64,000 bases of DNA. Origin: Blastocatellia bacterium. GTDB lineage: Bacteria; Acidobacteriota; Blastocatellia; HR10; J050. Below are positions 21,133 through 32,483 of the stretch, piece after piece. How positions within the stretch are numbered: the first letter of the stretch is position 1; each line of letters begins with the position of its first letter. A model generated the notes under the pieces. That model saw nothing but the letters and a program-made list of their open reading frames with translations. It had not been told where the DNA came from and did no database searches. The DNA lies in contig JALSQX010000020.1 of the NCBI GenBank assembly GCA_026985075.1, positions 158,966-222,965 of the forward strand, in the 5' to 3' direction. The translations under genes and the position numbers were made by a program.

Positions 21133-24100
21133 ATGGGAGTGAGCATTCGTCATTGGCTCGAAGAGGCCGCCGAGTTCAAGAAACTGCTTGGTGCGGTCAG
21201 GAAGCCTCATGCGGCGATCACGGTTTCTGGTCTCCTCTCCGAGGGCGGTCAGGCGCTGATCATGGCGGCATTGGCTGTCATGAACCGGAAGCCCATCGCC
21301 TATATTTCCTCAAAAATCGAACTCGAATCGCTGGCCGAAGCGGTGCGCTTCTTTTATCGTCTCATGGAAGCCGATCGAGATGACCGCACGCGCGCGCGCT
21401 CCAACCGTTCATCGGCGGAGGCGCTAACCATCAACGAGACGCCATCCACAGTCACTGATGACGAGCATCGCGTCGTCGTTCTCCCCCCGTTCGATGTCGA
21501 CCCCTATCGCGGCGTCTCGCCCCATCCGGCAACATTGGCGGCACGCGCGCACGCCCTGTATCGATTGAGCCGAGGAGACGTCGCCATCGCCTTGATCTCC
21601 TGGAAGGCGCTTCTTGCGCGCACGCTGCCGCCGGCGCATATGGTTCGATGGGGACGGGAACTCCGGGTGGGCGAGACCTGCGAATTCCAAGAGTTGATCG
21701 CTCTCCTCCCTCGGATCGGGTATCGTCGGGAAGATCCCGTCACGGCGGTAGGCGAATTCAGCGTTCGAGGTGGTATTGTCGACGTTTTCACCACGACGCA
21801 CTCGCGCCCGCTGCGCATCGAATTCTTCGGCGATGATGTCGTTTCGATTCGCGAATTCGATCCTGACACGCAACGCTCGGTGGGTCATCTGGAGCGAGTG
21901 CTATTGGCTCCCTTGACCGAGGCGATCTTCGACCCTCAATGCTTGCGCCAGTGGGCGGACGCGGCGATGACGCGCTGGACAGATCCCCTCTTCCGTCGCG
22001 ACATGAAACTCAAGTGCGGCTTCGCCGAAGCCGGAGAAGCGTTTCAGGGATGGGAATTCCAGATCCCGCTGGTCAAACCGCATCGAGGTACGGCGTTTGA
22101 CTACCTCACCGACGCTCTGCTCCTGGTGGATGAGCCGACGCTCCTTGTGAGCGAGATAAAAAAGTTCATCGAGCACATGAACGCCAAGTATGAAGAAGCG
22201 CGCGAAGCTGGCGAACTGGCATTGGAACCGACGACGTTCTTCTTGACGGCGGATGAGGTCGATGAACGCTTGAAGAGCGCCCGGCGAGTGGAACTCTCGG
22301 TGCTCGGCCATGCCGCACGGGTGGAGGAAGCCCTCCTGGAATCGACAACGTCGATCTCGAGCAGCGAGGATTCAGAGTGCGTTCACGAGATCATGCTCCC
22401 CGCCTCGCCCATGCGACGCTTCCGCGGTCAGATCGAGCATGCCGTCGAAGAGATCAAGAAAGCACAGCGCCAGCAGATGTCCGTGTGGATCATCGCGCAC
22501 TCCAGGGGCATGGCCGAGCGATTGACGGACATGCTGAGCGAGTATGAGGTGACCGTCCTCTCCGAAGCCGACCTCTCGTCGGAGTCGCGGTTCGAAAACG
22601 AGACATCTGAGGCCACTTGGCGAATCGCGAACCGGGGCTCACAAGCCCCAATGCCACCGGCGCACGTCATCATTGGGCCGGTACGGAGGGGATTCGCTTT
22701 GCCCTGGGCCAGACTCCTCCTGCTGGCCGAAGGGGACATCTTCCAGGAAGCGGAGACGCCGGTCGCCAGACCGCGCTCTACGTCCGGCGGCGCCAAGCTC
22801 TCGGCCTTCCTCTCCGATTTCCGCGACCTCAAGCCGGGCGACTACGTGGTTCACATCGATCATGGGATCGGGCGATTCCGCGGGCTGGTTGAACTCGATA
22901 TGAATCGCAACGGAGGCGCGCGCGAATTTCTCCTCCTGGAGTATGCCGAGGGGGCCAAACTCTATGTCCCGGTCGAGCGCCTCGATCTGGTGCAGAAATA
23001 CGCCAACGCCGACGGCACGGCGCCCGCACTCGATCGCCTGGGTGGCACGTCCTGGGAGCGGACCAAAGCGCGCGCGCGTCGGGCGCTACGTGACATGGCC
23101 GAAGATCTGCTCAAACTGTATGCCGAGCGTCAACTGGTCAAAGGGTTCGCCTTCAGTCCGGACTCGCCCTGGCAACGAGAATTCGAGGACGGGTTCGAGT
23201 ACGAGCTGACGCCGGATCAGGAAACGGCCATCGCCGACGTCAAGCGCGATATGGAACAACCGGTTCCTATGGACCGTCTGCTGTGTGGCGACGTGGGATT
23301 CGGAAAGACCGAGGTCGCCATGCGCGCGGCGTTCAAAGCCGTGATGGATGGCAAACAAGTCGCCGTACTCGTGCCGACCACGGTCCTCGCGCATCAGCAT
23401 TTTCAAACGTTCCGGCGACGATTCGCGCCGTTTCCCATCAAGATCGAGATGCTCTCTCGATTCCGGCGATCCCATGAGCAGAAGCGCATCCTCGGCGAGC
23501 TGGCCGATGGCCTGGTCGATATCGTCATTGGCACGCACCGCCTGTTGAGTCGGGATGTTCGGTTTCGCGATCTCGGATTGGTCATCATCGATGAGGAGCA
23601 ACGCTTCGGTGTGGTTCACAAAGAGCGATTGAAACAACTTCGGCGTCAGGTCGATGTGCTCACCCTGACGGCGACGCCCATCCCCCGCACGCTCAGCATG
23701 TCATTGATGGGATTGAAACCGATGTCGGTCATCGAAACGCCGCCGCGGGACCGCATGGCCATTCAGACGATTTTCGCGCCCTTCTCTCCCACGGTGATCA
23801 AGACGGCCATCGAGCGCGAACTGGAGCGCGATGGTCAGGTGTTTTTCATCCACAACCGGGTAGAATCCATCCATATGATCGCCGATCTCATCCGCCGACT
23901 GGTGCCCGGAGTTCGGCTGGGCATAAGCCACGCTCAGATGCCCGCTCGCCAATTGGAACGCGTGATGATGAAATTCATCGACTACGAACTGGATGTGCTC
24001 GTCTCCACGACAGTCATCGAGAACGGCATCGATATCCCCCGAGCCAACACCATCATCATCAATCACGCCGAGCAATTTGGTCTGGCCGAACTCTATCAAC

Positions 24101-24819
24101 TCCGAGGGCGGGTGGGTCGTTCTCATCGTCAGGCCTATGCCTATCTCCTCATTCCTCCGGAACAGTCGCTCACGCCGCTGGCGCGACGGCGATTGGCCGC
24201 TCTGAAAGAATTCTCCGATTTGGGCGCCGGCTTTCGTCTGGCGGCCGCCGATCTGGAATTGCGGGGAGCCGGGAACGTGCTCGGCAGGGAACAATCGGGA
24301 CACATTCGGGCCATCGGATTCGAACTCTATTGCCAAATGCTCGAACGAGCCATTCGCGAACTCCAGGGCGAGGTGATCGAGGAAGAGATCAGCACGCAGA
24401 TCGACCTCGACATCGACATTCGCATTCCCGAATCGTACATTCCGGACATGGGGCAGCGGCTGCGCATCTATAAGTGCATCTCTTCGGCGCCGGATGAGAG
24501 TCGGTTGCAAGAGATTTGCGACGAGCTCCTCGATCGCTACGGGCCTCTGCCCGAGTCCGTTCAGCACCTGCTGGAGTACGCCCGCCTGCGGCGAGAAGCG
24601 ATGGCCCTCGGCGTGCTCTCCATCAGCCGGCAGCGCGGATTGATCCATATTGCCTTCGATCGTCGAGCTCGCGTCGATGGTGAGAAGCTCCTCAAGCTGA
24701 TCAATGAACGAGCGGAGGCCCGATTCACTCCCGACGGTGTGCTGCAATTCCGCCCCCAGGTGTCGGATGGCGTGGATCTGCTCAGGGAATTGAAAAGCTG
24801 CTTGCTGGAATTGCGATGA
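21133..24819 (+). CDS. mfd: Transcription-repair coupling factor
   Basis: GEFSVRGGIVD UvrB-like module, RID YVVHIDHGIG, GDVGFGKT, DEEQRFG, TATPIPRT, QLRGRVGR, DLELRGAG; start moved to 21133 because 21097 lies only 3 nt after the -10 box. Confidence 0.97.
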   Translation: MGVSIRHWLEEAAEFKKLLGAVRKPHAAITVSGLLSEGGQALIMAALAVMNRKPIAYISSKIELESLAEAVRFFYRLMEADRDDRTRARSNRSSAEALTINETPSTVTDDEHRVVVLPPFDVDPYRGVSPHPATLAARAHALYRLSRGDVAIALISWKALLARTLPPAHMVRWGRELRVGETCEFQELIALLPRIGYRREDPVTAVGEFSVRGGIVDVFTTTHSRPLRIEFFGDDVVSIREFDPDTQRSVGHLERVLLAPLTEAIFDPQCLRQWADAAMTRWTDPLFRRDMKLKCGFAEAGEAFQGWEFQIPLVKPHRGTAFDYLTDALLLVDEPTLLVSEIKKFIEHMNAKYEEAREAGELALEPTTFFLTADEVDERLKSARRVELSVLGHAARVEEALLESTTSISSSEDSECVHEIMLPASPMRRFRGQIEHAVEEIKKAQRQQMSVWIIAHSRGMAERLTDMLSEYEVTVLSEADLSSESRFENETSEATWRIANRGSQAPMPPAHVIIGPVRRGFALPWARLLLLAEGDIFQEAETPVARPRSTSGGAKLSAFLSDFRDLKPGDYVVHIDHGIGRFRGLVELDMNRNGGAREFLLLEYAEGAKLYVPVERLDLVQKYANADGTAPALDRLGGTSWERTKARARRALRDMAEDLLKLYAERQLVKGFAFSPDSPWQREFEDGFEYELTPDQETAIADVKRDMEQPVPMDRLLCGDVGFGKTEVAMRAAFKAVMDGKQVAVLVPTTVLAHQHFQTFRRRFAPFPIKIEMLSRFRRSHEQKRILGELADGLVDIVIGTHRLLSRDVRFRDLGLVIIDEEQRFGVVHKERLKQLRRQVDVLTLTATPIPRTLSMSLMGLKPMSVIETPPRDRMAIQTIFAPFSPTVIKTAIERELERDGQVFFIHNRVESIHMIADLIRRLVPGVRLGISHAQMPARQLERVMMKFIDYELDVLVSTTVIENGIDIPRANTIIINHAEQFGLAELYQLRGRVGRSHRQAYAYLLIPPEQSLTPLARRRLAALKEFSDLGAGFRLAAADLELRGAGNVLGREQSGHIRAIGFELYCQMLERAIRELQGEVIEEEISTQIDLDIDIRIPESYIPDMGQRLRIYKCISSAPDESRLQEICDELLDRYGPLPESVQHLLEYARLRREAMALGVLSISRQRGLIHIAFDRRARVDGEKLLKLINERAEARFTPDGVLQFRPQVSDGVDLLRELKSCLLELR

Positions 24820-24856
24820 GCAGCGTACAATCAAGATTTGAAATTTCGTCATCACG

Positions 24857-25897
24857 GTGAGGGATATGAGAATTCTTTCCACGTGTTGTGCCGTTCTGCT
24901 TCTCTCAGCGGGCACGGCGTTCGCTCAGGAAGAAGCTGTTCTCATCGACGGCGTCTGCGCCCGCGTCAATCAGGATATCATCACGCTCTCGGAGTTTCGT
25001 CGCGCGCAACAGGATCTGCTCACGCAGTTGCGACAGCAATACTCGGGTTCCCAACTGGAAGAAGAATACCAGCGCGCCTCCAAGGAGCTGTTGCAGAACC
25101 TGATCGATACGCAATTGCTGGTGCAGAAAGCCGATGAGCTGGGCATCACTGTCGAGGCGGACATCAACAAGTATCTACTGAACATCGCCAAACAGAACAA
25201 CGTCCCTCCATCCAAAATCGATGAGATGCTCAAGCAAATGGGGTTCGATCCCGATCAGGCGCGACAGATGCTCCGGGTTCAATTCCTGCGTCAGCGCGTC
25301 ATCGCCAGCGAGGTTCATCCGAAGATCTTCCAGAACATCTTCGATAAGGACATCGAAGCCTATTACAAAGAGCACATCATCGACTACACCGAGCCAGCGG
25401 GCGTCAAGTTGAGCGAAATTTTCATCAAGACGGACGGTCGCACACCGGAGGCGGCGCGGCAATTGGCCGAGCAACTCGTCCAGCAACTTCGGGCCGGGGC
25501 CGACTTCGCCGAACTGGCCAAGCAGTATTCGGAGCGCCCCTCGGCCTCCAATGGGGGCCAGTTGGGATGGTTCAATCTCGATCCGCGCCCCGAGCTGGGC
25601 GAAGCGCAGCGAAAGGCCATCGAGGGCAAGCAGGTAGGAGAGGTCACCGATCCCATCGCCTTTCCCGATGGGTTCCTCATTCTTCGCGTCGATGAACGCC
25701 GCGAGAAGAAAGAGAAACCGCTCACGCCCGAACTGCGCCGCGAGATCACGATGAAGATTGCTCAGCAGCGATTGGAACCAGCCGTCCAGGAATACATCGA
25801 ACAACTGCGGAAGGACGCCTATATCGAAATCGTCGGTCCCTGCAAGGCCGATGTGGATGAGGAAACGGACGCGGAGGGGACCACGTCTCAACCGTAG
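24857..25897 (+). CDS. SurA/PrsA-like parvulin peptidyl-prolyl isomerase
   Basis: Signal peptide AFA-QE, ARVNQDIITLSE SurA N-domain, GADFAELAKQYSE...GGQLGW rotamase motif. Confidence 0.9.
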   Translation: MRDMRILSTCCAVLLLSAGTAFAQEEAVLIDGVCARVNQDIITLSEFRRAQQDLLTQLRQQYSGSQLEEEYQRASKELLQNLIDTQLLVQKADELGITVEADINKYLLNIAKQNNVPPSKIDEMLKQMGFDPDQARQMLRVQFLRQRVIASEVHPKIFQNIFDKDIEAYYKEHIIDYTEPAGVKLSEIFIKTDGRTPEAARQLAEQLVQQLRAGADFAELAKQYSERPSASNGGQLGWFNLDPRPELGEAQRKAIEGKQVGEVTDPIAFPDGFLILRVDERREKKEKPLTPELRREITMKIAQQRLEPAVQEYIEQLRKDAYIEIVGPCKADVDEETDAEGTTSQP

Positions 25898-25942
25898 TGC
25901 GCGGGCACGAGACGGGGACATCGACCGTCGCACCATCGCTCC

Positions 25943-26812
25943 ATGATGGACGTCACGGCGACAGTGCTGAACAATGCGCGCGAGTATGGCGATTATTGGC
26001 GCCTGCGCGTGAAGATCCCAGCTCATTATGCCGTTCGTCCCGGCCAGTTCGCCATGATTCGCCCAAGCGCCCAGTGGGAGCCGATTCTCCGCCGGGCCAT
26101 GGTGTTTTATCGCGTCGAACATAGGGTGCACGCCCTGGAGGCGGAATTCATTTATCGCGTCATGGGTCGGGGAACGCGCCAACTCGCTCAATTACGCTCT
26201 GGCGATCGACTGGACGTCCTCGGACCTTTGGGCAACGGATTCACCATCGGCGAGCGCCCTGCGGTCGGACGCGATGTGGCGCTCGTCTCCGGAGGCATCG
26301 GCATCCCGGCGCTCTATCTGCTGGCCGCGGAGCTTTGCCAGCGCGGCTTCGTCCCCCGGTTGTTTCACGGCGATCGGACGAGCGACGCCGAACGTGGTCT
26401 CATCTGCGTGGACGATTTCTATGCGTTGCTGGGGCGCGATCACGTGCTCTGTGCTACCGAAGACGGATCATATGGCCAACGGGGAGTGGTGACCGATTTG
26501 CTGGAATCGGCGCTGCAGAGTGGTGCCTGGCGCCCCGTCGCCCTTTATGCCTGTGGTCCGGAGCCGATGATGAAGCGCGTCGCTCAGTTGGCCCTTCAGT
26601 TTCATATCCCGGCCGAACTCTCGCTGGAAGCGGCTATGGCCTGCGGATTCGGCGTCTGTCTGGCCTGCGTGCAACGCGTCCGACTCGATGGCCGAATCAC
26701 CTATGTTCGCGTATGTTGCGAAGGGCCCGTCTTCCGCGCCGAAGACATCGTGTGGGAAGAGCCCGTGGTCGATCGATCTCCCGTCGGAGGAATGCGCAAC
26801 GGAGCCCGATGA
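25943..26812 (+). CDS. pyrK: Dihydroorotate dehydrogenase electron transfer subunit
   Basis: [34 protein letters not shown]...C [2Fe-2S] motif. Confidence 0.93.
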   Translation: MMDVTATVLNNAREYGDYWRLRVKIPAHYAVRPGQFAMIRPSAQWEPILRRAMVFYRVEHRVHALEAEFIYRVMGRGTRQLAQLRSGDRLDVLGPLGNGFTIGERPAVGRDVALVSGGIGIPALYLLAAELCQRGFVPRLFHGDRTSDAERGLICVDDFYALLGRDHVLCATEDGSYGQRGVVTDLLESALQSGAWRPVALYACGPEPMMKRVAQLALQFHIPAELSLEAAMACGFGVCLACVQRVRLDGRITYVRVCCEGPVFRAEDIVWEEPVVDRSPVGGMRNGAR

Positions 26813-27720
26813 TTGATTTGAGCGTCGACATCGCCGGCATTCACTTCAAGAACCCGGTGCTCGCCGCCAGCGGCACGTTCGGATACGGCCTGGAGTTCGC
26901 CGAGTTGATCGATTTGAATCGGTTGGGCGGTTTCTGTACCAAGGGACTCTCCATCGAACCCCTGGAGGGGAATCCTCCGCCGCGCATCGTGGAAACGCAC
27001 GGTGGCATGCTCAATTCGATCGGCCTGCAGAATATCGGCGTCCGCGCGTTCGTCGAACAGAAGCTCCCTCACCTGCGAAAATACAACACTCGCGTGATCG
27101 CCAACGTATTTGGATTCTCGCCCGAAGAGTATGTGGACGTCGTCCGGGTACTGAATGATGGTGACGGTGTGGCCGCCTACGAGCTGAACATCTCCTGCCC
27201 CAATGTCAAGAAAGGGGGCATGGAGATCGGCAACGATCCCAACGAGGCGGCGCGATTGACCGAAGCGGTGAAACGCGTGGCGCATCGTCCCGTCATCGTC
27301 AAGCTCTCGCCGCATGCGAGAAGTATCGCCGAAGTGGCCCGCGCCGTGGAAGCCGCCGGCGCCGATGCTCTCTCGGTCATGAACACCATCCTGGGCATGT
27401 CGGTGGACATCTATACGCGACGCCCTCGATTAGGGACGGTGATGGGCGGGCTCTCCGGGCCGGCCATCAAACCCATTGCCGTGCGGATGGTCTTTGAAGC
27501 CGCTCGAGCCGTGTCCATTCCGGTCATCGGCATTGGCGGCATCGTCACGGCACAGGATGCGCTGGAATTCATCATCGCCGGCGCCTCGGCCATTCAAGTG
27601 GGAACGGCGAATTACGCCGATCCCGGCGTGACGATCAAAATCATCGATGGATTGACAGCCTATTGTCGTCAGCAGAACATCGCACAGATTCGAACGTTGA
27701 TTGGGACGATTCGCTGCTGA
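26809..27720 (+). CDS. pyrD: Dihydroorotate dehydrogenase class 1B catalytic subunit
   Basis: [45 protein letters not shown] overlap with the pyrK stop. Confidence 0.96.
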   Translation: MIDLSVDIAGIHFKNPVLAASGTFGYGLEFAELIDLNRLGGFCTKGLSIEPLEGNPPPRIVETHGGMLNSIGLQNIGVRAFVEQKLPHLRKYNTRVIANVFGFSPEEYVDVVRVLNDGDGVAAYELNISCPNVKKGGMEIGNDPNEAARLTEAVKRVAHRPVIVKLSPHARSIAEVARAVEAAGADALSVMNTILGMSVDIYTRRPRLGTVMGGLSGPAIKPIAVRMVFEAARAVSIPVIGIGGIVTAQDALEFIIAGASAIQVGTANYADPGVTIKIIDGLTAYCRQQNIAQIRTLIGTIRC

Positions 27721-27786
27721 GGCATTGGTCCGGCCCATGAGGAGCACCGCGGAGTATCATCTGTGAAGAGGATGCCGCGACAAACC

Positions 27787-28572
27787 ATGATGCCGCGAGA
27801 TCGACTGATCATCGCCCTGGATGTGGAGACGCGCGCCCGAGCGCTGGACCTCGTCGATCAATTGAAGGGGCGAGTGGGGTTGTTCAAGATCGGGAGCCAG
27901 TTGTTCACCGCTGAGGGTCCCGATCTGGTTCGAGCGATCGTCGCCCGCGGCGAGAAGGTCTTTCTCGATCTCAAATTCCACGATATCCCGTCCACGGTGG
28001 CTCGGGCCGGCGTCGAAGCCATGCGATTGGGCGTCGCTCTGTTCAACGTTCATGCTCTCGGTGGCGCGACGATGATGCGCGCCGTGGTCGAGGCGATCAA
28101 AGAAGCCGCCGAGCGCGAGCGCCTGACGCCGCCGCGCATCCTCGCCGTGACCATCCTGACCAGCCTCATGCCGCCTGACTTGAAGCAGATCTTCATCGCC
28201 GAGCGCATCGACCGCGTGGTGACGGGATTGGCGCAATTGGCGGCGGAATCAGGATTGGATGGGGTCGTCTCGTCTCCGCAAGAAGCCCTGCTCATCCGTC
28301 ATGCCGTCAATCGCCCGGATTTCATCATCCTCACGCCGGGCATTCGTCCGCTATGGGCGCAGAAACACGACCAGAAGCGAGTGCTGACGCCAGCCGAAGC
28401 GATCCGGGAAGGCGCCGACTACATCGTCGTCGGTCGCCCCGTCACGGCGAGCGACGATCCGGTCGAGGCCGCCCGGCGGATCGTGAGCGAGATCGAAGCC
28501 GCCGAGCGCGAATCACCCTATCCGCAGGGCCCCTACGCCAAATACTCGTCATTTGGCCCCCGCGACTATTGA
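27787..28572 (+). CDS. pyrF: Orotidine-5'-phosphate decarboxylase
   Basis: LIIALD, FLDLKFHDIPST (DxKxxD), VTILTS, TPGIR, DQKR, VVGRP. Confidence 0.96.
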   Translation: MMPRDRLIIALDVETRARALDLVDQLKGRVGLFKIGSQLFTAEGPDLVRAIVARGEKVFLDLKFHDIPSTVARAGVEAMRLGVALFNVHALGGATMMRAVVEAIKEAAERERLTPPRILAVTILTSLMPPDLKQIFIAERIDRVVTGLAQLAAESGLDGVVSSPQEALLIRHAVNRPDFIILTPGIRPLWAQKHDQKRVLTPAEAIREGADYIVVGRPVTASDDPVEAARRIVSEIEAAERESPYPQGPYAKYSSFGPRDY

Positions 28573-28649
28573 GCTTCAGTGGGAAGGCTCTCCCTGGGCT
28601 ATTTTGTCAACCAGGGCACCTGCTGCGTTGAAGAAAGGCACGTATCTCT

Positions 28650-29132
28650 TCACCAGGGCCGATACTCCAGATGACGAACTTTCGTCAAGTACTCTTCAAT
28701 GCGGCGGCGAGTGGCCGGCGACGTCGTGTCGGGGAGAGCATCAGGGGGGAAGAAGTCGAAGGCAGCAATTTCCCAACCCGGCCGGATACCGGTGGCATCG
28801 TCGAGCGACGCGGTGAAGACGATGACGTGATCGCTCGCCCCATGACTGAAATTATAGTAGATGCCGTGAAGCCGCTCGACCTGGATGTCCACATGAAGCT
28901 CCTCCTTCACTTCCCGACAGAGCGCCTCCACGAGCGTCTCTTTGCGTTTGACGGCACCGCCGGGCAAGTACCAGAGATGGCGCTGGCCATAATTGTGCCT
29001 GATGAGGAGGAGGCGTCCTTGGTGAACGATGATGCCCCGCACGCCCACGATGAGCGGCGCGCGCCAGCGCCAGTAGAGTTGTTGTCCCCGGAAGAGGAGT
29101 TCCAGGACCCACCTTTTGATGAACGCCTTCAA
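28650..29132 (-). CDS. NUDIX hydrolase
   Basis: Nudix box PGGAVKRKETLVEALCREVKEEL. Confidence 0.88.
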   Translation of the reverse strand: MKAFIKRWVLELLFRGQQLYWRWRAPLIVGVRGIIVHQGRLLLIRHNYGQRHLWYLPGGAVKRKETLVEALCREVKEELHVDIQVERLHGIYYNFSHGASDHVIVFTASLDDATGIRPGWEIAAFDFFPPDALPDTTSPATRRRIEEYLTKVRHLEYRPW

Positions 29133-29136
29133 CGCC

Positions 29137-29634
29137 TCATGATGTCGCCGCCGGAGCGGCCCGGGCGGCTTCGAAGATCCGGGTCAGAAATTCTTTGGTG
29201 ATTTGAGCAATGTGCCATTGAACGCGCGCTCGCGTATTACCGAGCTGCTGCTGGCGCACGTCCGGTTTAATGCCTCGCTCCTCTATGAACGCTTGGAAAT
29301 GGGGAATGATATACTCATCCTGTTCCTGCAACGCCCACTCGTAGATGAACCGCCGAAGCGCCTCGACCTCATCGGATTGACCGAGATGGGACGGCGTCTC
29401 GGGATGTTTCAGGACATGATCGATGATATCGTGACCAAACCGCCGCGTCTCCTCCAACCAGATCTCACAGGCTTCCCAGAGGGGCCCGGGTTGAAGGAGT
29501 CGCCACTGGCCACCGGGAGCATACTTTTTTCTCAACGCCTCTATCCGTTCCTCGGCCCGCTTCCGCCGGTTGGGCGTTTCCGATGCTACGAAAATTCTGG
29601 CCACCTCGACCAATGATGCCGTCATACGCTTCAC
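29137..29634 (-). CDS. Hypothetical helical protein
   Basis: Fills the gap between co-oriented genes with 4-15 bp spacing; protein-like composition. Confidence 0.6.
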   Translation of the reverse strand: MKRMTASLVEVARIFVASETPNRRKRAEERIEALRKKYAPGGQWRLLQPGPLWEACEIWLEETRRFGHDIIDHVLKHPETPSHLGQSDEVEALRRFIYEWALQEQDEYIIPHFQAFIEERGIKPDVRQQQLGNTRARVQWHIAQITKEFLTRIFEAARAAPAATS

Positions 29635-29649
29635 TCCGCCAGGTTCACG

Positions 29650-29937
29650 TTATGTCTTCCGGAGCCGCTGCTCGATGAGTTGAGCGGCGCGGATGTCTTT
29701 CTCCGTCACGCCTCCTTCGCTGTGCGTCCAAAGAGTGAGCTTCACCCGCCGGTAATGGATTTCGACATCTGGATGATGGTCGAGCAGCTCAGCCAGATGG
29801 GCCACGGCATTGACGAAGAGGATGGCCTCGGGAAAGCTGGCAAACTGAAACTCCTTGCAGAGAGCGCGGTCTACCAATGCCCAGCCTTCCAATGAGGCGA
29901 GCCGTTGCCGGATGTCGTCTTCACTCAATGTGGCCAT
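29650..29937 (-). CDS. phhB: Pterin-4-alpha-carbinolamine dehydratase
   Basis: DHHPD and THSEGGVTEKD motifs; GAGGAG upstream of ATG at 29937. Confidence 0.9.
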   Translation of the reverse strand: MATLSEDDIRQRLASLEGWALVDRALCKEFQFASFPEAILFVNAVAHLAELLDHHPDVEIHYRRVKLTLWTHSEGGVTEKDIRAAQLIEQRLRKT

Positions 29938-30034
29938 CGTTTCGCTCTCCTCATCACCGGGGCTCGGGTTCTTGAATCCGCATTGCGTAGAGCTTCTCCC
30001 GGGCCGATGGCCCACCAGGAGGCCACTCCGCCGG

Positions 30035-31594
30035 TTAATACTTCTCGGCCACCGCCTTGGCCTGCAGGAAGAGCAACAGATAGTCGCGGCCACCGGCCTT
30101 GGAATCTGTGCCCGAGAGATTGAATCCACCAAATGGATGCACATCCACCAATGCTCCGGTGATTTTGCGATTGAGGTAGAGATTGCCGACGTGAAACTCG
30201 CGTCGCGCGCGCTCCAGATGTTGTCGGTTGCGCGAATAGACGCCACCGGTCAACCCGTACACCGTATTGTTGGCAATGGCCAGAGCCTCGTCGAAATTCC
30301 TGGCGCGAAGGCAAGCGAGCACGGGCCCGAAAATCTCCTCTTGAGAGATGCGCGCCATGGGATCGACGTCGCCGATGACCGTCGGCGCGATGAAATAGCC
30401 CGGTCCCAGTTCCTTCAGGGCATGACCGCCCGTCAACAGTTTGCCTTCTCCCTTGCCGATCTCGATGTAATTCAGGATCGAAGTGTACGCCGATTGGCTC
30501 ACCACCGGTCCCATATATGTCTCGCGATTCTTCGTCGGACCGACCACCAGTTGCTCGGCGCGGGCGACGATTTTCTCCACGGCGCGATCATACACATCGT
30601 CGAGGACAATGGCGCGCGAGCATGCCGAACACTTCTGTCCCGAATACCCGAAGGCCGAGACGACGATCCCCTCGGCGGCGGCCTCCAGATCGGCCGAGCT
30701 ATCCACGATAATAGTATCCTTCCCGCCCATCTCGGCGATCACGCGCTTGATCCAGATCTGTCCCTCTTGCGGGCGGGCGGCCAACTCGTTGATGCGCAAG
30801 CCAACGTCTTTGGAGCCCGTGAACGTGATGAAACGCGTCTTGGGATGGGCGACCAGATAATCGCCTACTTTCGATCCACTGCCCGGCAGGTAATTGATGA
30901 CGCCCGGTGGCAACGAAATTTCTTCCATCAATTCCATGAACTTGGCGGCGATCACCGGACTCTCGCTCGACGGCTTGAGGACCACGGTGTTGCCGGCGGC
31001 GATGGCTCCTGTGGTCATGCCCACCAGGATGGCCAACGGGAAATTCCACGGAGGAATGACGACGCCCGCGCCCAGTGGAATGTAGAACCATTCGTTGTGC
31101 TCATCGGGCAACGGCGATGGCGTGACCGGCCGCGGTCCGGAATAGCGGATGGCTTCGCGCCCGTAAAACTCCATCATGTCAATCGCCTCGGCGACATCGG
31201 CGTCGGCCTCCACCCAGGATTTCCCCACTTCGTAAACCATCCAGGCGGCGAACTCCATCCGACGTCGACGCAGAACGGCCGCCGCATTGAACAGATAGCG
31301 GGCGCGATGTTCGGCGGGCATGCGCCCCCAGGACTGGAAAGCCTCCCAGGCTGCGTCCAAGGCCTTATCGGCCAGTTCCTCATTGGCTCGGTGAACCGAA
31401 CCCACCACTTCATCGGGATTGGAGGGATTGATGGAGTGAAGCAGATCGCCCGTCTCGTATCGCACGCCGCCGATGATGAGCGGATATTGACGACCAAATT
31501 GACGCTCGACCGACGCCAGGGCGTCACTCATAGCGGCGGCGGTCGCTTCATCGGTGAAATCGAGTAACGAAGCATTTTTGAAAGGTGGAACCAT
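30035..31594 (-). CDS. pruA: L-glutamate gamma-semialdehyde (1-pyrroline-5-carboxylate) dehydrogenase
   Basis: PPWNFP, FTGS, AEMGGKD, GQKCSACSR, EEIFGPV, GTDSKAGGRDYL. Confidence 0.95.
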   Translation of the reverse strand: MVPPFKNASLLDFTDEATAAAMSDALASVERQFGRQYPLIIGGVRYETGDLLHSINPSNPDEVVGSVHRANEELADKALDAAWEAFQSWGRMPAEHRARYLFNAAAVLRRRRMEFAAWMVYEVGKSWVEADADVAEAIDMMEFYGREAIRYSGPRPVTPSPLPDEHNEWFYIPLGAGVVIPPWNFPLAILVGMTTGAIAAGNTVVLKPSSESPVIAAKFMELMEEISLPPGVINYLPGSGSKVGDYLVAHPKTRFITFTGSKDVGLRINELAARPQEGQIWIKRVIAEMGGKDTIIVDSSADLEAAAEGIVVSAFGYSGQKCSACSRAIVLDDVYDRAVEKIVARAEQLVVGPTKNRETYMGPVVSQSAYTSILNYIEIGKGEGKLLTGGHALKELGPGYFIAPTVIGDVDPMARISQEEIFGPVLACLRARNFDEALAIANNTVYGLTGGVYSRNRQHLERARREFHVGNLYLNRKITGALVDVHPFGGFNLSGTDSKAGGRDYLLLFLQAKAVAEKY

Positions 31595-31737
31595 CGCTCA
31601 CTCTCCTCATCGAAAATCACCACTTCGGCATGGGCCCAATATGTACCACATGGCCGACAGAAACTCAAAGCCCCAAACGCCCCAGAACCCATTCTCCCGG
31701 TTCCTGTTGGCCAGCCGCGGGAACGCTGCTGGGGGCC

Positions 31738-32334
31738 TCATTGTTTCGCTGGCGAGTAATACGGGTTGGTGCCCGCGGCGTGATCGGTCGTATCCAGGAT
31801 CTCGCCGACGTGTGGGATATGCCTCCGAATGAGCTCTTCGACGCCCTGCTTGAGGGTGACATTGGCCATTCCACATCCCTGGCACCCACCGCCCATGCGC
31901 AAATAAACGTTATTATCGATGACGTCGAGAAGCTCGATATATCCGCCATGCATGGCCACGGCGGGATTGATCTCCATATCCAGGAGTTCCTGAACTTTCT
32001 TGCGGATCTCTTCGGATGAGGGCGTGCGCGCCTTGAAATCTTCGGACACCGGCGATACGCCAGATTGCAGCACGCGACGGATGGCCGCGCCAATTTGCTT
32101 GGCCACCGGTAACCAGTCTTCGAAGTCCTCCTTGGTGACCGTCACCAGATGCTTGGAAATCAACACCGAGGTCACGTTGGGGATCTCGAAGATCGCTTCG
32201 GCCAGCGGAGAGCCTTGGGCTTCCTCCTTGCTCCCGAAGTAGGCTGCGCCATCGTAAACGACGCGATCGACGGTGAATCGACATTTAGTGGGATCGGCTT
32301 GAACCTCGGCCGTGATTTTGATTTCCTGTTCCAT
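31738..32334 (-). CDS. nfuA: Nfu-type Fe-S carrier (Nfu N-terminal + NifU-C domain)
   Basis: GSPLAEAIF N-domain, INPAVAMHGG, GGCQGC CxxC, DTTDH. Confidence 0.85.
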   Translation of the reverse strand: MEQEIKITAEVQADPTKCRFTVDRVVYDGAAYFGSKEEAQGSPLAEAIFEIPNVTSVLISKHLVTVTKEDFEDWLPVAKQIGAAIRRVLQSGVSPVSEDFKARTPSSEEIRKKVQELLDMEINPAVAMHGGYIELLDVIDNNVYLRMGGGCQGCGMANVTLKQGVEELIRRHIPHVGEILDTTDHAAGTNPYYSPAKQ

Positions 32335-32483
32335 AGTTCCTCTCCTTATTCATCCGGGAAGCGCCAGAGGCATCCCGGGATGGGGTTTCTCTCATCCTCG
32401 CTGTCGGATGAGACCACTCGCGCTTCAGAGTTTCACCCGCCCATCGTTCAAACGAGATGGTATCACATTTTTCTTCTCGATTC

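Noticed and set aside
26335..26808. N-terminal extensions in the ORF track (pyrD; also phhB, actB, M20, apbC, lon)
   Set aside because: They overlap upstream genes or lack family features; downstream starts have RBS motifs or ATGA coupling
27715..27790. pyrD ends TGC-TGA in frame with pyrF, so read-through would give a PyrD-PyrF fusion
   Set aside because: PyrD is already full length, no SECIS-like hairpin follows the TGA, and same-frame neighbours are common by chance
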